Notes under the pieces: generated by a model
The model's database searches: none
Told to the model about the DNA's origin: nothing
What the model saw: only the letters and a program-made list of their open reading frames with translations
Shown here: positions 27,511 through 37,800 of the stretch, piece by piece
Position numbering within the stretch: the first letter of the stretch is position 1
Layout of the letters: every line of letters begins with the position of its first letter
IMG/VR virus record: IMGVR_UViG_3300020473_000013
Coordinates: 1 to 64,000 of that record
Reading direction: 5' to 3' (one strand)
Length of the DNA stretch: 64,000 bases
Translations under genes and position numbers: made by a program

Positions 27511-28110
27511 TTATACGGCGCGGACGTAGCCGGTGCGGGCGGCGCTGAACGTGACCTCGGCAGTGTTGGCGTCCAGATGAGTGATGGACTGCGGCTGGAC
27601 TTCCTGGTTGCCGATGAACACGCGGAGCAACGGCTCGTAACCCAGCATGTGACTCACGGTCCAGGTAGTAGACGCTTCGGTGAACTCCTGCTCGAAAGCA
27701 TAGTCTGCACGCGGCGAGCCATCCTGGTTACCGATCATCAGAACGGCGCGGCCGGCCTGCTGCTCGGAGAACGTGATGATGGTCTGGTTGTGCAGGTACT
27801 CCACATCATCCGGGATGACGTGCTTGCCGTCCGCACCCACAACCTGCACGATCACAGCGGAAGCATTGAGGTTGTGGTCGATGGTCCACGTCATCTGAGC
27901 GACGGGTTGGTCGTGGATGAAAGTGTTGAGAGGTGCTGTCAGCGGGGCCCAGATGGGAAGGCCTGCGTCGAGCTCCAGACACACCATGACGCGCTGTGCC
28001 TTGAAGATCAGTTGGCCCACCTTCGGGCTCTCGGGGAATTGCTCCACCTGATCCAGCACAGGGTTGAGAAGCAGGTTGCTCCCCAAGTCGAGATTGCCTT
28101 TGAGTTTCAT
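27511..28110 (-). CDS. Fibre-associated protein: N-module plus two W.I.HNL domains
   Basis: Start moved to MKLKGNLDLG (ATG 28110); FPESPKVGQL motif. Confidence 0.78.
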   Translation of the reverse strand: MKLKGNLDLGSNLLLNPVLDQVEQFPESPKVGQLIFKAQRVMVCLELDAGLPIWAPLTAPLNTFIHDQPVAQMTWTIDHNLNASAVIVQVVGADGKHVIPDDVEYLHNQTIITFSEQQAGRAVLMIGNQDGSPRADYAFEQEFTEASTTWTVSHMLGYEPLLRVFIGNQEVQPQSITHLDANTAEVTFSAARTGYVRAV

Positions 28111-28139
28111 CGTTATCTCCGATCTGTTGGAAGTGCGCG

Positions 28140-28165
28140 AAAGCGGCCCCGTCAAGGACCGCCTT
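28140..28165 (-). terminator. Hairpin / weak terminator after 569-aa gene
   Basis: Minus strand AAGGCGGTCC-TTGAC-GGGGCCGCTTT; short U-tract. Confidence 0.4.
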
Positions 28166-28184
28166 CTGTTAGATCAGCCTGCCA

Positions 28185-29894
28185 TTACGCGGCGGCTTTC
28201 AGACCGGTGACGATGACGCGGCACAGCTCCGACTGAGTGAAGGTCACGGCCAGGCTGTTGGCGTCGGTGTAGGTGATGCTCTCAGGGATGATCACCTCAT
28301 CGTTCTCGTCCACGACCTGCACCTGCACGTACTTGTTACCCATGTTGTGAGTAACGGTGTGAGAAGCGGCCGCGGCGCCGGTACCGTCGTACACGAAGTA
28401 GCCGTCCTGCAGGCGAGTCTCCACATCGGAAACGGCCTGATCGCGAGTGGCCAGAGCACCATCGAGGTGACCCTTGGACACAGCCACGGTAGCGGCAGAT
28501 GCGGACTGGTCGCTGCTGCTCAGGCGCAGCTCGCCGGTCATAGCCTCAGCGCCGTCACGGCCCAGGAAGGTATTGCGCAGCTCTGCGAGGTCAGCGCTCA
28601 CGCCGGTGCCGTCGACCACGATGCCGCTGTTAGCCGGAGTCTGAACAGACAGCGCAGTGCCGTCACCGCCCAGTAGACCGTTACCTGCAACGCTGCCGTT
28701 CAGTTGAGCTTCGGTGATACCGGAAGCCTTGACGCGAACGCCGGACGCTGAGGTCTCGACGGTGCTGTCGTCGGCCTTGACGTGGAGCTGGGCAGCGGTG
28801 CCGGTGCTCGGAGTCACGCCGTCTTCGGACAGCATCAGGCCGCCTTCGGTACGCAGGTCGACGCCGACTTCGTTGGTCGGGAGCTGACCGATACCTGCAC
28901 CCAGCAGGACGCTGACGACGTTGGACTCAGTGTCCTTCTCCAGACCGACACCAGCAGAGAAGCCGCTCAGGCCGCCGAAGTCATCCCAGGATACACCAGT
29001 CCAGTACTGGAAGTTGGCGATTGCCACGTTCCACGCCAGCACGCCCTGACCCTGAACGGACACGTCGTAGGCGACCACGAACTCGGCACCGTCATATTCC
29101 ACGATGTCGTTGTTCTCGACACCAGCGATGGTACCGAAGTTGGCGTGCAGGGCAGCCGCGTCTTCGATGATGTAGCGATCACCTTCAGACGGGGCAGCGC
29201 CCGGGTCCAGAGAAGCATCGACCTGCTTGTCGAGTACGTCCGGCTGGAAGTCGAGACCGGCCAGAGCGTTATCCAGGTCGATCTTACGCGCGGCGTCGTT
29301 AGCATTGACCGGGCTGCCCAGACCAGTGACGACATTGCCGCCCATGGCCAGGTTGCCGCCCATGGAATCGCCGGCCTTGTTCACCGGAGTGTATCCAAGA
29401 TCGGACTGCTTGGCATCGAGCTGTTCTTGGATGTTTGAGGTTGTACCGATCAGGTACTCAGCCTCGGCAGCAGTGGCGCTGGTGGTGGCAGTGATCTTGC
29501 CGCTGGCGTCAGTCACGACGATACGCTGGGTATCGAGGTCAGAAGAAGCGACAGTAGAGGCAGCACCTGTGATGGTGTCCTGCTTGCTGCCGAGCGCCGT
29601 TTCCAGATGACCCTTGGAAATAGCGGCTGTCTGGGCGCTAGCGCTCTGATCAGTACCGCTCAGCTCCAGGTCACCAGTCATCGGAGTAGAGCCGTCGAGC
29701 TTCAAGAACTCGGACAGGTCACCGCCACCAGAAGCCACGTTCTGGATGGTGGTACCGTCGTAGTATTTCAGAGCACCTTCAGTGGTGTTGAACCACATAC
29801 GGCCGATAGTCGGGGATGCGGGGTCTTCCGCAAGCTGCTCGACCTTCAGGTTCTTGATAAGGCCGACAACATTAAGGTTACCGTTAACACGCAT
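28185..29894 (-). CDS. Probable major fibre/whisker protein
   Basis: N-module (DPASPTIGRMWFNTTEGALKYYDG), fibre-type motifs YTPVNKAGDSMGGNL and PVNANDAARK, C-terminal HTVTHNMG domain; strong GC3 bias. Confidence 0.78.
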   Translation of the reverse strand: MRVNGNLNVVGLIKNLKVEQLAEDPASPTIGRMWFNTTEGALKYYDGTTIQNVASGGGDLSEFLKLDGSTPMTGDLELSGTDQSASAQTAAISKGHLETALGSKQDTITGAASTVASSDLDTQRIVVTDASGKITATTSATAAEAEYLIGTTSNIQEQLDAKQSDLGYTPVNKAGDSMGGNLAMGGNVVTGLGSPVNANDAARKIDLDNALAGLDFQPDVLDKQVDASLDPGAAPSEGDRYIIEDAAALHANFGTIAGVENNDIVEYDGAEFVVAYDVSVQGQGVLAWNVAIANFQYWTGVSWDDFGGLSGFSAGVGLEKDTESNVVSVLLGAGIGQLPTNEVGVDLRTEGGLMLSEDGVTPSTGTAAQLHVKADDSTVETSASGVRVKASGITEAQLNGSVAGNGLLGGDGTALSVQTPANSGIVVDGTGVSADLAELRNTFLGRDGAEAMTGELRLSSSDQSASAATVAVSKGHLDGALATRDQAVSDVETRLQDGYFVYDGTGAAAASHTVTHNMGNKYVQVQVVDENDEVIIPESITYTDANSLAVTFTQSELCRVIVTGLKAAA

Positions 29895-29937
29895 AGTGTT
29901 TCTCCTACATAGTGAGGGTTACTGCGAGGGCGCAGTA

Positions 29938-29944
29938 CAAATTA
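29938..29944 (-). promoter_or_regulatory. TAATTTG variant of putative late-promoter motif
   Basis: Intergenic, 44 nt upstream of ATG 29894; followed by hairpin TACTGCG-CCCT-CGCAGTA. Confidence 0.4.
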
Positions 29945-29955
29945 CTTTCATCTTT

Positions 29956-30750
29956 CTACGAGGTGGAGTGAGGTCGGATTTTTTCCACACTTTCCACGCA
30001 TTGGAGGCCGGCCAGATACACGCTCAACTCCTCGAACGATTCGTCCCGAGCATCCTCTATCGAAGCCTTTGAGGTGTAGTCGCGCACTACGATCTGGAAC
30101 CGTTTTCGACGGTCCAGAATGTTATCCACGTAATACTCCAGACGTTCGATCTCAGGATGTGCGTCACAGGACTGGCCATACCTGATCGTCGTGTCGTCCA
30201 TGTAGAGCGTCATCTTTTCGGGCTGTGCCCGATTGGTGGACATCTGCTCGCGAGCAATGTCCGATCCTAAAAGAGTGTCCAGCTCGTACATCTCGAACAG
30301 CGACGAGTTTAGATACTCCACCAGACACTCTGTGGCGTAAGGGAACGCGATAATCTGCGACATCCCCTCAACACTTCGGAGCGCCTCCTGCACAGACAGA
30401 GCCGCCTGCCTATGAATATGATTCCAGTGTCGAACAAATCCTGGGTCGAACACGTCGGTGTGCTCCTCCAGAATTTCGTTTATGTCCAGTGACACAGAAT
30501 CCAAGAAGCTGAGCATCTGGTCCAGATCATCCCCTGATACTTCCGACTTGTTCAAAAGCAGCGGCTCCGCGAACGACAACCAGTCCGCGTGCTTGTTGAA
30601 CATTAGGAGAATGATCTCCTTAGCCGTTTCGCTGAATCCGTTAGCAGGCAGCACCAGTTCATTGAGAATGAAAGCCTTGGAGTTATAATACCCCTCCAAG
30701 GCCTTACTGGCAGCGGACCGATAACGAATGTTGTTTCTAACAAACTCCAT
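29956..30750 (-). CDS. Hypothetical acidic helical protein
   Basis: 264-aa ORF with a TAATG stop/start overlap to the upstream gene. Confidence 0.7.
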   Translation of the reverse strand: MEFVRNNIRYRSAASKALEGYYNSKAFILNELVLPANGFSETAKEIILLMFNKHADWLSFAEPLLLNKSEVSGDDLDQMLSFLDSVSLDINEILEEHTDVFDPGFVRHWNHIHRQAALSVQEALRSVEGMSQIIAFPYATECLVEYLNSSLFEMYELDTLLGSDIAREQMSTNRAQPEKMTLYMDDTTIRYGQSCDAHPEIERLEYYVDNILDRRKRFQIVVRDYTSKASIEDARDESFEELSVYLAGLQCVESVEKIRPHSTS

Positions 30751-31316
30751 TATCCAATCCCCCGATTCCTATCCTGGAGCTGCCCCATACCAAGCAGGGC
30801 TCCAAGAATTTGGCTTTGCTTCTCATTGATGTTGCTCATAGTTCGTGTGACCTCTACCAGCACTCTGTTGATAGACTCGTCACGAGCTTTGGCCCCAGCC
30901 ACAAAAGATTGAACCCCTTCGTTCAACTTCTGCAACGAAGCACTTAGGTTTTCCATCTGATGTTGGAGGTTTTCGTTGTCTTTGCCAAAGGTGACGTGAT
31001 TAGAGCGGAATTCGGAGATAAGCTCCGCGACCTCATGGATTTTACCGTTTCGGTCGGTTGCTCCCTCCAGCATGGCTTCCTTTAGTGTGTTAATAGCCTG
31101 TTCGAGGTATTCGAGTTGCTCGGAGATACCTTCCGAATCTCCTTCGTTAAGCTCCTCGATCTTCGATTCAAGCTCCTGATTACGGGCCTTTAGCTTCCTG
31201 TGTTCTTCCATGAGAGGAATCACGAAGAAGTAGTACCCTAAAATGGCAGCCACCCCGATAACTACCGCCAAAGAAGTCGGCAACGGGTTGGCGAGTAAAG
31301 CTGCTACAATGTTCAT
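30750..31316 (-). CDS. Membrane-anchored coiled-coil protein
   Basis: TM helix LAVVIGVAAILGYYFFVIPL followed by heptad-rich sequence. Confidence 0.72.
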   Translation of the reverse strand: MNIVAALLANPLPTSLAVVIGVAAILGYYFFVIPLMEEHRKLKARNQELESKIEELNEGDSEGISEQLEYLEQAINTLKEAMLEGATDRNGKIHEVAELISEFRSNHVTFGKDNENLQHQMENLSASLQKLNEGVQSFVAGAKARDESINRVLVEVTRTMSNINEKQSQILGALLGMGQLQDRNRGIG

Positions 31317-31325
31317 TTTGGGCCC

Positions 31326-31607
31326 CTATCTGCACTCTGCGTCTGTCGGTTCCACTCGGACGATCCGCTTCTGGGTATCCGCAGGATCGACAGTGATCAA
31401 CACCTTCGATACGGAGGGGTTGATGTAGGTACATTCTTCACCTACTCTATTATCATCGACGCATACAGCGCTTACGCACTGCAAAGCCTCCTGTACCACG
31501 ATCTCCTTTTCTGCCGCGTTGTATCGCAGCACGGCTGGCACCACCGCTGCACCTACCAGAATTACTAGGAGCAGGAGTAGCATACCACGAGCGATTTTAG
31601 TGTTCAT
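31326..31607 (-). CDS. Small membrane-anchored/exported protein with 4 Cys
   Basis: N-terminal hydrophobic helix, then CVSAVC...C...C. Confidence 0.7.
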   Translation of the reverse strand: MNTKIARGMLLLLLVILVGAAVVPAVLRYNAAEKEIVVQEALQCVSAVCVDDNRVGEECTYINPSVSKVLITVDPADTQKRIVRVEPTDAECR

Positions 31608-32532
31608 AGGTATTTGCTCCTACGTATGAGATTCTGGTCGGATTTTGCAGGACGAATGAGTTGAGGCCTAGTTGGGAGATTCTGTCCAAGTTGACCCCAA
31701 TCTGGTCCTGCAGTAGTAACGGAGGTGAACCGCTTTCGGGATGATCGACTTCCATGAGAATTGCTTGGGCGAGGTCCGTAGCTAGGGCTCCGACACCGAC
31801 TGATTCGTTCAGCTCCGGACGCAGAATGCCCACCTCGACATGCTTGGTATTGATGTCAGCGATGATCTCCGACAAATCGTCGTTTCTCATGGGCTGCATC
31901 GTATCATCGTCGGGGACATCGAACAGGTTGTTAAGGATAACCCCTGGCGTAACGGTTCTCGCGTTTATGTCGATCAATGCTCGCCTCAGATCGGTGACCT
32001 TTCTGACGGTGATATACTCCATATCGACCGACTTATCATTCTCCACCCTAGTCTCCAGTTGCCGTAAACGATACTGGCTCAGGCTGGATGTATCACTGAG
32101 GACGTAGTACGTTGATCCAACAAACGGAACCTGTCGTCTGACCGTTTCTCCTGCTTGAAGCTGAGAGACGAGGGACGCAGGTCCAGAGGAGTGCCCCGTG
32201 TCAACAAACAACGGAATCACTAATGGCTCGCTACGAGCTAGATGGAAGTCCAGAAGATCGTAACCGAGCAAGATTAAATTATCGAAGTTCTCGGCTCGGT
32301 CAGAGATTCGGTCGGTGGTAAGCCGTTTTGACAGGGAAAACCTGTCTGTTGTGAATCCACGAAGATGAAGTACCCGAATTCCGAGGTCCGGGCGCAGACG
32401 TTTTATTTCCCTAGCGATGGAGCCTCCGTAGACACGGCTTGCTGTCTCGGATTGCACTAGGTATATATTCTCTGCCGAAGCTGGGGCCGCGAAGGCCACC
32501 AGCATCATTAGCAGTATCCCTGCGAGTCTCAT
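31597..32532 (-). CDS. Exported protein resembling ABC-type substrate-binding/sensor domain
   Basis: Sec-type signal ending PASA-E; C-terminal IGVNLDRISQLGL resembles the INLKtA..LGL end of ABC_sub_bind proteins. Confidence 0.55.
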   Translation of the reverse strand: MRLAGILLMMLVAFAAPASAENIYLVQSETASRVYGGSIAREIKRLRPDLGIRVLHLRGFTTDRFSLSKRLTTDRISDRAENFDNLILLGYDLLDFHLARSEPLVIPLFVDTGHSSGPASLVSQLQAGETVRRQVPFVGSTYYVLSDTSSLSQYRLRQLETRVENDKSVDMEYITVRKVTDLRRALIDINARTVTPGVILNNLFDVPDDDTMQPMRNDDLSEIIADINTKHVEVGILRPELNESVGVGALATDLAQAILMEVDHPESGSPPLLLQDQIGVNLDRISQLGLNSFVLQNPTRISYVGANTYEH

Positions 32533-32542
32533 AGGTTTTCCT

Positions 32543-33388
32543 TTAGGTTATAGGAAGAACCCGGGCGTTTCCGATAACGGGAATTGCAAAATGCAGCTTC
32601 AGGTTGTCTGCATCGACAAACTCCGTTCTGCTGGGCCAGACGATCTCATCGCCCTCCGTTACCTGAATCTGAAGGTCAGTGCTGTTCAGCGAGTGAGGAA
32701 TGACCCAAATTTCCGCGGGCTCTGTCTGAGCATGGGCGTATCCTTTAGAGCTTGAGGTCTGCTCCAGTGTTGTGGTGCGTGATCGCAAGTTGGTGAGCTG
32801 AGAATTGAAGTTGTTGAACCTCTGGTTGAGCGATACGGCGAGCTGCGCGATAGGGTTGAACAGGCTGCGCACCCACGATCCTGGTACGGCCTCATCATTC
32901 CCGTAGCTTTCACCTTCTTCGAGAATCCGTGTACGCAGCGGACCTTCCATTGTGTCGCCGGATTTATCCAAAGCCCCGATGTCACCCGGCAAGGTTCCGT
33001 GTGCGTTGCCTACCAGCGTCGCGTGGTCGTACAAGTCCTGATTGTCAGGCTCGGGAAGGTCCCAATACTGCTCGTCGAATACGCGGACCAGATTGGTCTC
33101 CTCGTACCACGAATGTTGATAGATTCCTCCTGCCGACCGCGACGAGCGGCGCATCAGCTTTCCGAAGTCGGGGCTAGACGCTTTCGATACGCGCCACAGG
33201 ACATTCAGAGGGGACGTGACATCATAAGGCTCATCATCAGACACCACCACTTGTATAGGCTCGTATGATGTCTGTGATGTCTTGAAAGTGAGGATTACCG
33301 GCTTCAGGTAGGACTGACCGCGAGCTTCCGCTGCGGCATCTACCCGAGATAGGAACTGCGTGAGTGTGTCGAATATCATGGCATTCAC
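32543..33388 (-). CDS. Virion/fibre-associated protein with C-terminal W.I.HSL domain
   Basis: LDKSGDTMEGPL fibre motif, coiled segment, HAQTEPAEIWVIPHSLN domain. Confidence 0.72.
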   Translation of the reverse strand: MNAMIFDTLTQFLSRVDAAAEARGQSYLKPVILTFKTSQTSYEPIQVVVSDDEPYDVTSPLNVLWRVSKASSPDFGKLMRRSSRSAGGIYQHSWYEETNLVRVFDEQYWDLPEPDNQDLYDHATLVGNAHGTLPGDIGALDKSGDTMEGPLRTRILEEGESYGNDEAVPGSWVRSLFNPIAQLAVSLNQRFNNFNSQLTNLRSRTTTLEQTSSSKGYAHAQTEPAEIWVIPHSLNSTDLQIQVTEGDEIVWPSRTEFVDADNLKLHFAIPVIGNARVLPIT

Positions 33389-33389
33389 C

Positions 33390-33905
33390 TCAACGTTGGA
33401 CCATGGTGCGTTCGATCATCTGCGCGCTCAGGAGTTCCGACTTGGCATCAGCCCGAACCTGATTTACAGCACTAGCGACCTCTTTCAGGGTCTCGACACC
33501 GACAGAAACCATGACGATCTGACCTTCCTCCACGCACTTGACCTGGAACTCGTCCTGTACGCCCGCTAGATGTAAGGCCAAGCACTGGGTGAGGTGTGCG
33601 CTCGCCTCGTCGTCTGCACAGTAGAACGTGTCGTTTACTTGAACGCCCGAACCGATACGCTCCTCGTACTCACGCTGAGCGACGAACCCTTCGGAAGGGG
33701 CGCGGATAACGCGGGGGCGGTGTTCCAGCTCCTCGCGCTCAACGTTGACCGAGTACTCCGTAGGACGCTTGACGATCTGGGTTCGCTGCTGCTCCGTGAT
33801 AGAAACACTCGGATTCGGAATGATAGGATGCCGCCGAGAGTTGTACAGCCCGAGGATGGCGCCGGTCTCGGCATCGTAGTGGGCGAAGTGCTTTTCGTTT
33901 TTCAC
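33390..33905 (-). CDS. Putative tail-fibre assembly chaperone (DUF4376-like)
   Basis: Probable GTG start 33905 after GGAGAG; AHYDAETGAILG N-terminus and helical C-terminus; similar architecture to 41451..42041. Confidence 0.55.
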   Translation of the reverse strand: MKNEKHFAHYDAETGAILGLYNSRRHPIIPNPSVSITEQQRTQIVKRPTEYSVNVEREELEHRPRVIRAPSEGFVAQREYEERIGSGVQVNDTFYCADDEASAHLTQCLALHLAGVQDEFQVKCVEEGQIVMVSVGVETLKEVASAVNQVRADAKSELLSAQMIERTMVQR

Positions 33906-33906
33906 G

Positions 33907-34713
33907 TTACTCTCCGAGAAGGAACCAATAAAAATCCCAACCTGTAAGCGGCACAAGTTGGGTACCTCCAGCGCCGTCAGGCTCAAGCGCTATCATGTTC
34001 TTGTTAACTGCCAGAACCGCGTAACCCTGCTCGATCTTCTCCACCCGCACCTTGTACGCCACGTTGCCCGCAGGATTGACCCACTGCATGACGAATGACT
34101 TAGGCTTATCCAGAGCGGTGAGCGCTTCCGGGAACATCACCTGCTTGATCTCCGCAGGTTGGTTATCCGTGAATCGCCCCCACTGCATAATGCGCCCGTT
34201 GGATACACTCTCGGAGCTGCCGTCCTCGGTAGACGTAAGCTCTGGGGTCTCACCATCGAAGCCTGAGTTGCCTTGCTCGCCCGCTGGACCCGTGGGGCCG
34301 GTAGGCCCTGGAATGCCGCGAGGGCCGGTAGGTCCCTTGGGGCCTGGAGGACCCATAGGACCGATGTCCCCTTTAGGACCGGCACACCCGGGAACACCCG
34401 GGCGACCGTCACGACCATTACGCCCGCTGGGGCCAGCAGCTCCGCGAGGACCAGTAGCGCCTCGCGGGCCTACACCGATATTGTGAACGGTCATAAACCC
34501 GCTCACCTGCACGATGCTGTTATCTGCGCGGTAGAGGTTTAGCACCCCAACCTCGGGATCGAACTCCCCGCGCGTTACGAAGTTATCGTCCTCCCCGGCG
34601 GAACCGGGCGTCTGAGCTTCCACCTCGCGGCCGTTAAACACGACATCATCGTTGGGCCGGGCTTGATCACCCGGGTCCAACATCGAGAGTGGTACTTTCG
34701 TTAGGTTTCCCAT
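33907..34713 (-). CDS. Collagen-like fibre protein (25 Gly-X-Y) with gp53-like C-terminal domain
   Basis: Probable start [12 protein letters not shown]; [12 protein letters not shown] motif; [12 protein letters not shown]-domain. Confidence 0.82.
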   Translation of the reverse strand: MGNLTKVPLSMLDPGDQARPNDDVVFNGREVEAQTPGSAGEDDNFVTRGEFDPEVGVLNLYRADNSIVQVSGFMTVHNIGVGPRGATGPRGAAGPSGRNGRDGRPGVPGCAGPKGDIGPMGPPGPKGPTGPRGIPGPTGPTGPAGEQGNSGFDGETPELTSTEDGSSESVSNGRIMQWGRFTDNQPAEIKQVMFPEALTALDKPKSFVMQWVNPAGNVAYKVRVEKIEQGYAVLAVNKNMIALEPDGAGGTQLVPLTGWDFYWFLLGE

Positions 34714-34722
34714 GCTAATCAC

Positions 34723-34893
34723 CTATTGAACAGGGAGCCACTGGGAGTTATCCGCGCTCCGTATTTTCGTGTTGGCTCGCGTCATCTGAATCCAACGGGA
34801 ATTGTCAGCGGAACGAACCTTCCATCCGAAGTTCGAGAAATTTTCGATCCACTTACTTGTAGGAGTCTCACGGACTCTGAGTTTGACAGCCAT
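34723..34893 (-). CDS. 56-aa Trp-repeat mini-protein (not in ORF track), homologous to the N-terminus of the 1096-aa protein
   Basis: Hand translation MAVKLRVRETPTSKWIENFSNFGWKVRSADNSRWIQMTRANTKIRSADNSQWLPVQ*; fills the intergenic gap exactly. Confidence 0.8.
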   Translation of the reverse strand: MAVKLRVRETPTSKWIENFSNFGWKVRSADNSRWIQMTRANTKIRSADNSQWLPVQ

Positions 34894-34897
34894 CAGT

Positions 34898-37800
34898 TTA
34901 CCCCTTCCTGACTACTCTGCGGTACACCAGATAGCGCGTGTCAGTCTCTGGGTTTGTGATCCTACGAGGCCACTCAAGATACTTGCTGAACCACTCCGTA
35001 TCGCCTAAGTAAACCCAGTTACCGTTTTGCGCTTCCCAAATCTTATTGGTCTCGACACTGTACACCCGACCGTCGGCCATTGGCTGAATAATACCTTTGA
35101 AGGTAGAACTAGCCTGGCTGTGAGTGTAGTATCCGTACCGCGAACTACCTGCGAACTTGGCCGTACGGCTGTCGTCGTTGAAGTTGAAATTATTAGTCTG
35201 GAAGGACCCGCCTCCGAACCGTTCACAATCAACGATCAAGCTATCGCCGGAGCGTCGCACAGACACCCTACTCGATTTACCTTCCCATGAACCGGAGGTA
35301 TCGCCTTCTCCCCAGTCCTGAATCACAACGGGAGCGTTAACCCCATCGTAGTAGATCAGCCCGAAGCCGCTTCTCGGAACTTGGCCACCTTGGCTGCGTC
35401 CTACTACCAGCAGGTGAGGAATACCGTCAACCACTTTGGCGCCAACGACAAGACCGATAGTGTCATCGTCATTATCGCTGGACGTTAGTACGGCATTGAG
35501 GCCGTAAGACTCCAGCTCGTTAGGACTGAGGATGGAGTTAGGGCTAGCCGTGTTCGTCGGCATGACAAACGATCCAATACTGTCATCGAAGTACCAGTCG
35601 TCGCCTTCGCCTGATGCGTCTCCTGCAGTCGCGTAGTAGTTAGGACCGTCAGTACGAGGCCAGGTGTTAAAGATGCCTTTGACACTAGGCGCAGGATGGT
35701 TGCTCATGTAGTTGTTGGCATCAGCATCATTATCGAACACCAGACCTTGCGCCTGAGGCATACGAACCGCATTGCCTGCACCGAGGGCATTATCCGGCTC
35801 GAAGTAGGCGCCCCGCCAGTCGTCAGACGTGATAAGAACCACTCTACCTGTTCCCGTGTCCGTGATCTTCATATTGAGCCAAGACGGAGTGTTATCTGGG
35901 ATGTTCTCCACCAACACATAGATAAAGTAGGTACCGGGTTCAACGCTCAAGGACTCCGTAACTACGTCAGGAAGCTGGAGCGTCGCAACGTGGTTAATTG
36001 GTCCTCCTTCAGGCACAATAAAGACGGAAGCAAGGTCGTCAGCTACACCTGCAATCTCGATGTTTCCACTTGTGGTGTGAAACATGTTGACAACCATGAA
36101 AGCGCGGTTCCCTGCAACGATCTTGTCGGCCTCGATACTGATTTGATACGCACCGTCTCCAACTCCGCCCGCCCCAGGAGGACCAAAGGCTGTCATCTTG
36201 CTGAGACCTTGCGTAAATCGCTCGAAGCGCATACCTGAGGAAAGGTGCTCGATAGGACAGTGAACGGTCTGGCGCCAGTAACTGGTGGAGCCAGGACTGG
36301 ACACCTCTAACTGATCCAAGCCAGTGGCAGGAACGGGGAAGCCGCCGTAACCACCTTCTTCCCAACGTAGCGTCGGAACAACGGTGTCGTCAATCAGCAA
36401 ACCATCACCCTTCACTTGAATGCGATTAGGAGCGCCATTTGGTGGAGCCACGCCTGCTGCTGCCGTGGCGTACTCGACCAGAGCGTACTCGTTATTGCCA
36501 GCCGCTCCTCCAAAGTCACTGAACACGGAACGATCTTCCTCACCGGACCACGGCTTACCACATTCAACACTGGTGGTCGGACACTCTACCAAGAACGACC
36601 ACGATGTCTCTCCCGAGCCCTCAACGCGCACTACAACCTCACGACCCGCTGCTGGGTCGTAGGAGAACTCGATTGAGCTTTCCTCTGCAACGGGGCCTTT
36701 TGTGTACGCCACCAGGTTCTCGTTCTGGTAGACGGTGATAGTGTCGGGAATGTTGTACGTCTGGTACCGCACACGAACGTTACCTGGCTCGTCGCCCAGA
36801 TCGTAGTAGGTATCGGTTCTACCGGCACCTCCGCTCTCCGTCACACCGTGCTCATCACCACACCATTTAGGGTGATTAGGACGCCCGTTACCAGGGCTGC
36901 CCGTACCAGTCTTACCTGTAGCGTCAACGCAGAACAGGTAGTAGGTGAAGGCCCCTGTAGGCAGTTTGTGGTGTATACGGAATCGAACCTCTGTATCACC
37001 TCCGGCAGAGTCGGGATCGTAGTCGAACTCTATCGGCTGACGGTAATACATAGAGACGTAACCGTCGGTCTTGTAGATGGTATTACCACCATGGATGACC
37101 TCAAGCATAACGTCTTCGTTAGAGGAGTAGTCATAGGTGATGCCGCGCATTTCAATCACGCCGGCTTCCGTACCCATGTCATGAATGCGCTCCTCTACGA
37201 GGTGATCCCCGGTAGCGCTGCCATCGAACACGCCACGGCAAGCAAACAGTTGGTCAGCGTAGTCGTCACCGGGACAGCCCAACTTGTAGTAGAAGGCACC
37301 TTCGCGATTACCTTCGACTTCTACGCGGACAATACCATCACCTTCAACGTCAGTAGACCACGGGAATGTCACGAAACCGCGGGGTTGGGGCTCTCCCGTT
37401 TTGCGGACTAGCTTAGGCGTTTCGGCAAGTAAATCACCTTTGTAGAAAACGCGAATCTGGGTGGTGCCGATAGTACCGATGTAGCGCAGATAAACATTTC
37501 CGTCGTTCTTGGGGAGGCGATGGAAGTAGCTGCGTTTCTCCTGATAGTCTGGATCGGGCATCATGCGGAACATCATGTCGGTAACGGACGTGTTACACCC
37601 GTAGGGAGAACTTCCACTGCCTGAGCCACCGCTGCCAGCAGCGTCTCCTCCTCCAACGCCTCCGTAGTTTCCTCCGCCTCCGGAGCCGCCACCACCAGAG
37701 CCACCTGAACCTCCTGAGCCTCCCCAGTTAGTTCCTCCGCCCCAACCGCCGACGCCACCATTGCCATATCCACCACCCCAGCCACCTTGGCCCCAAGGGT

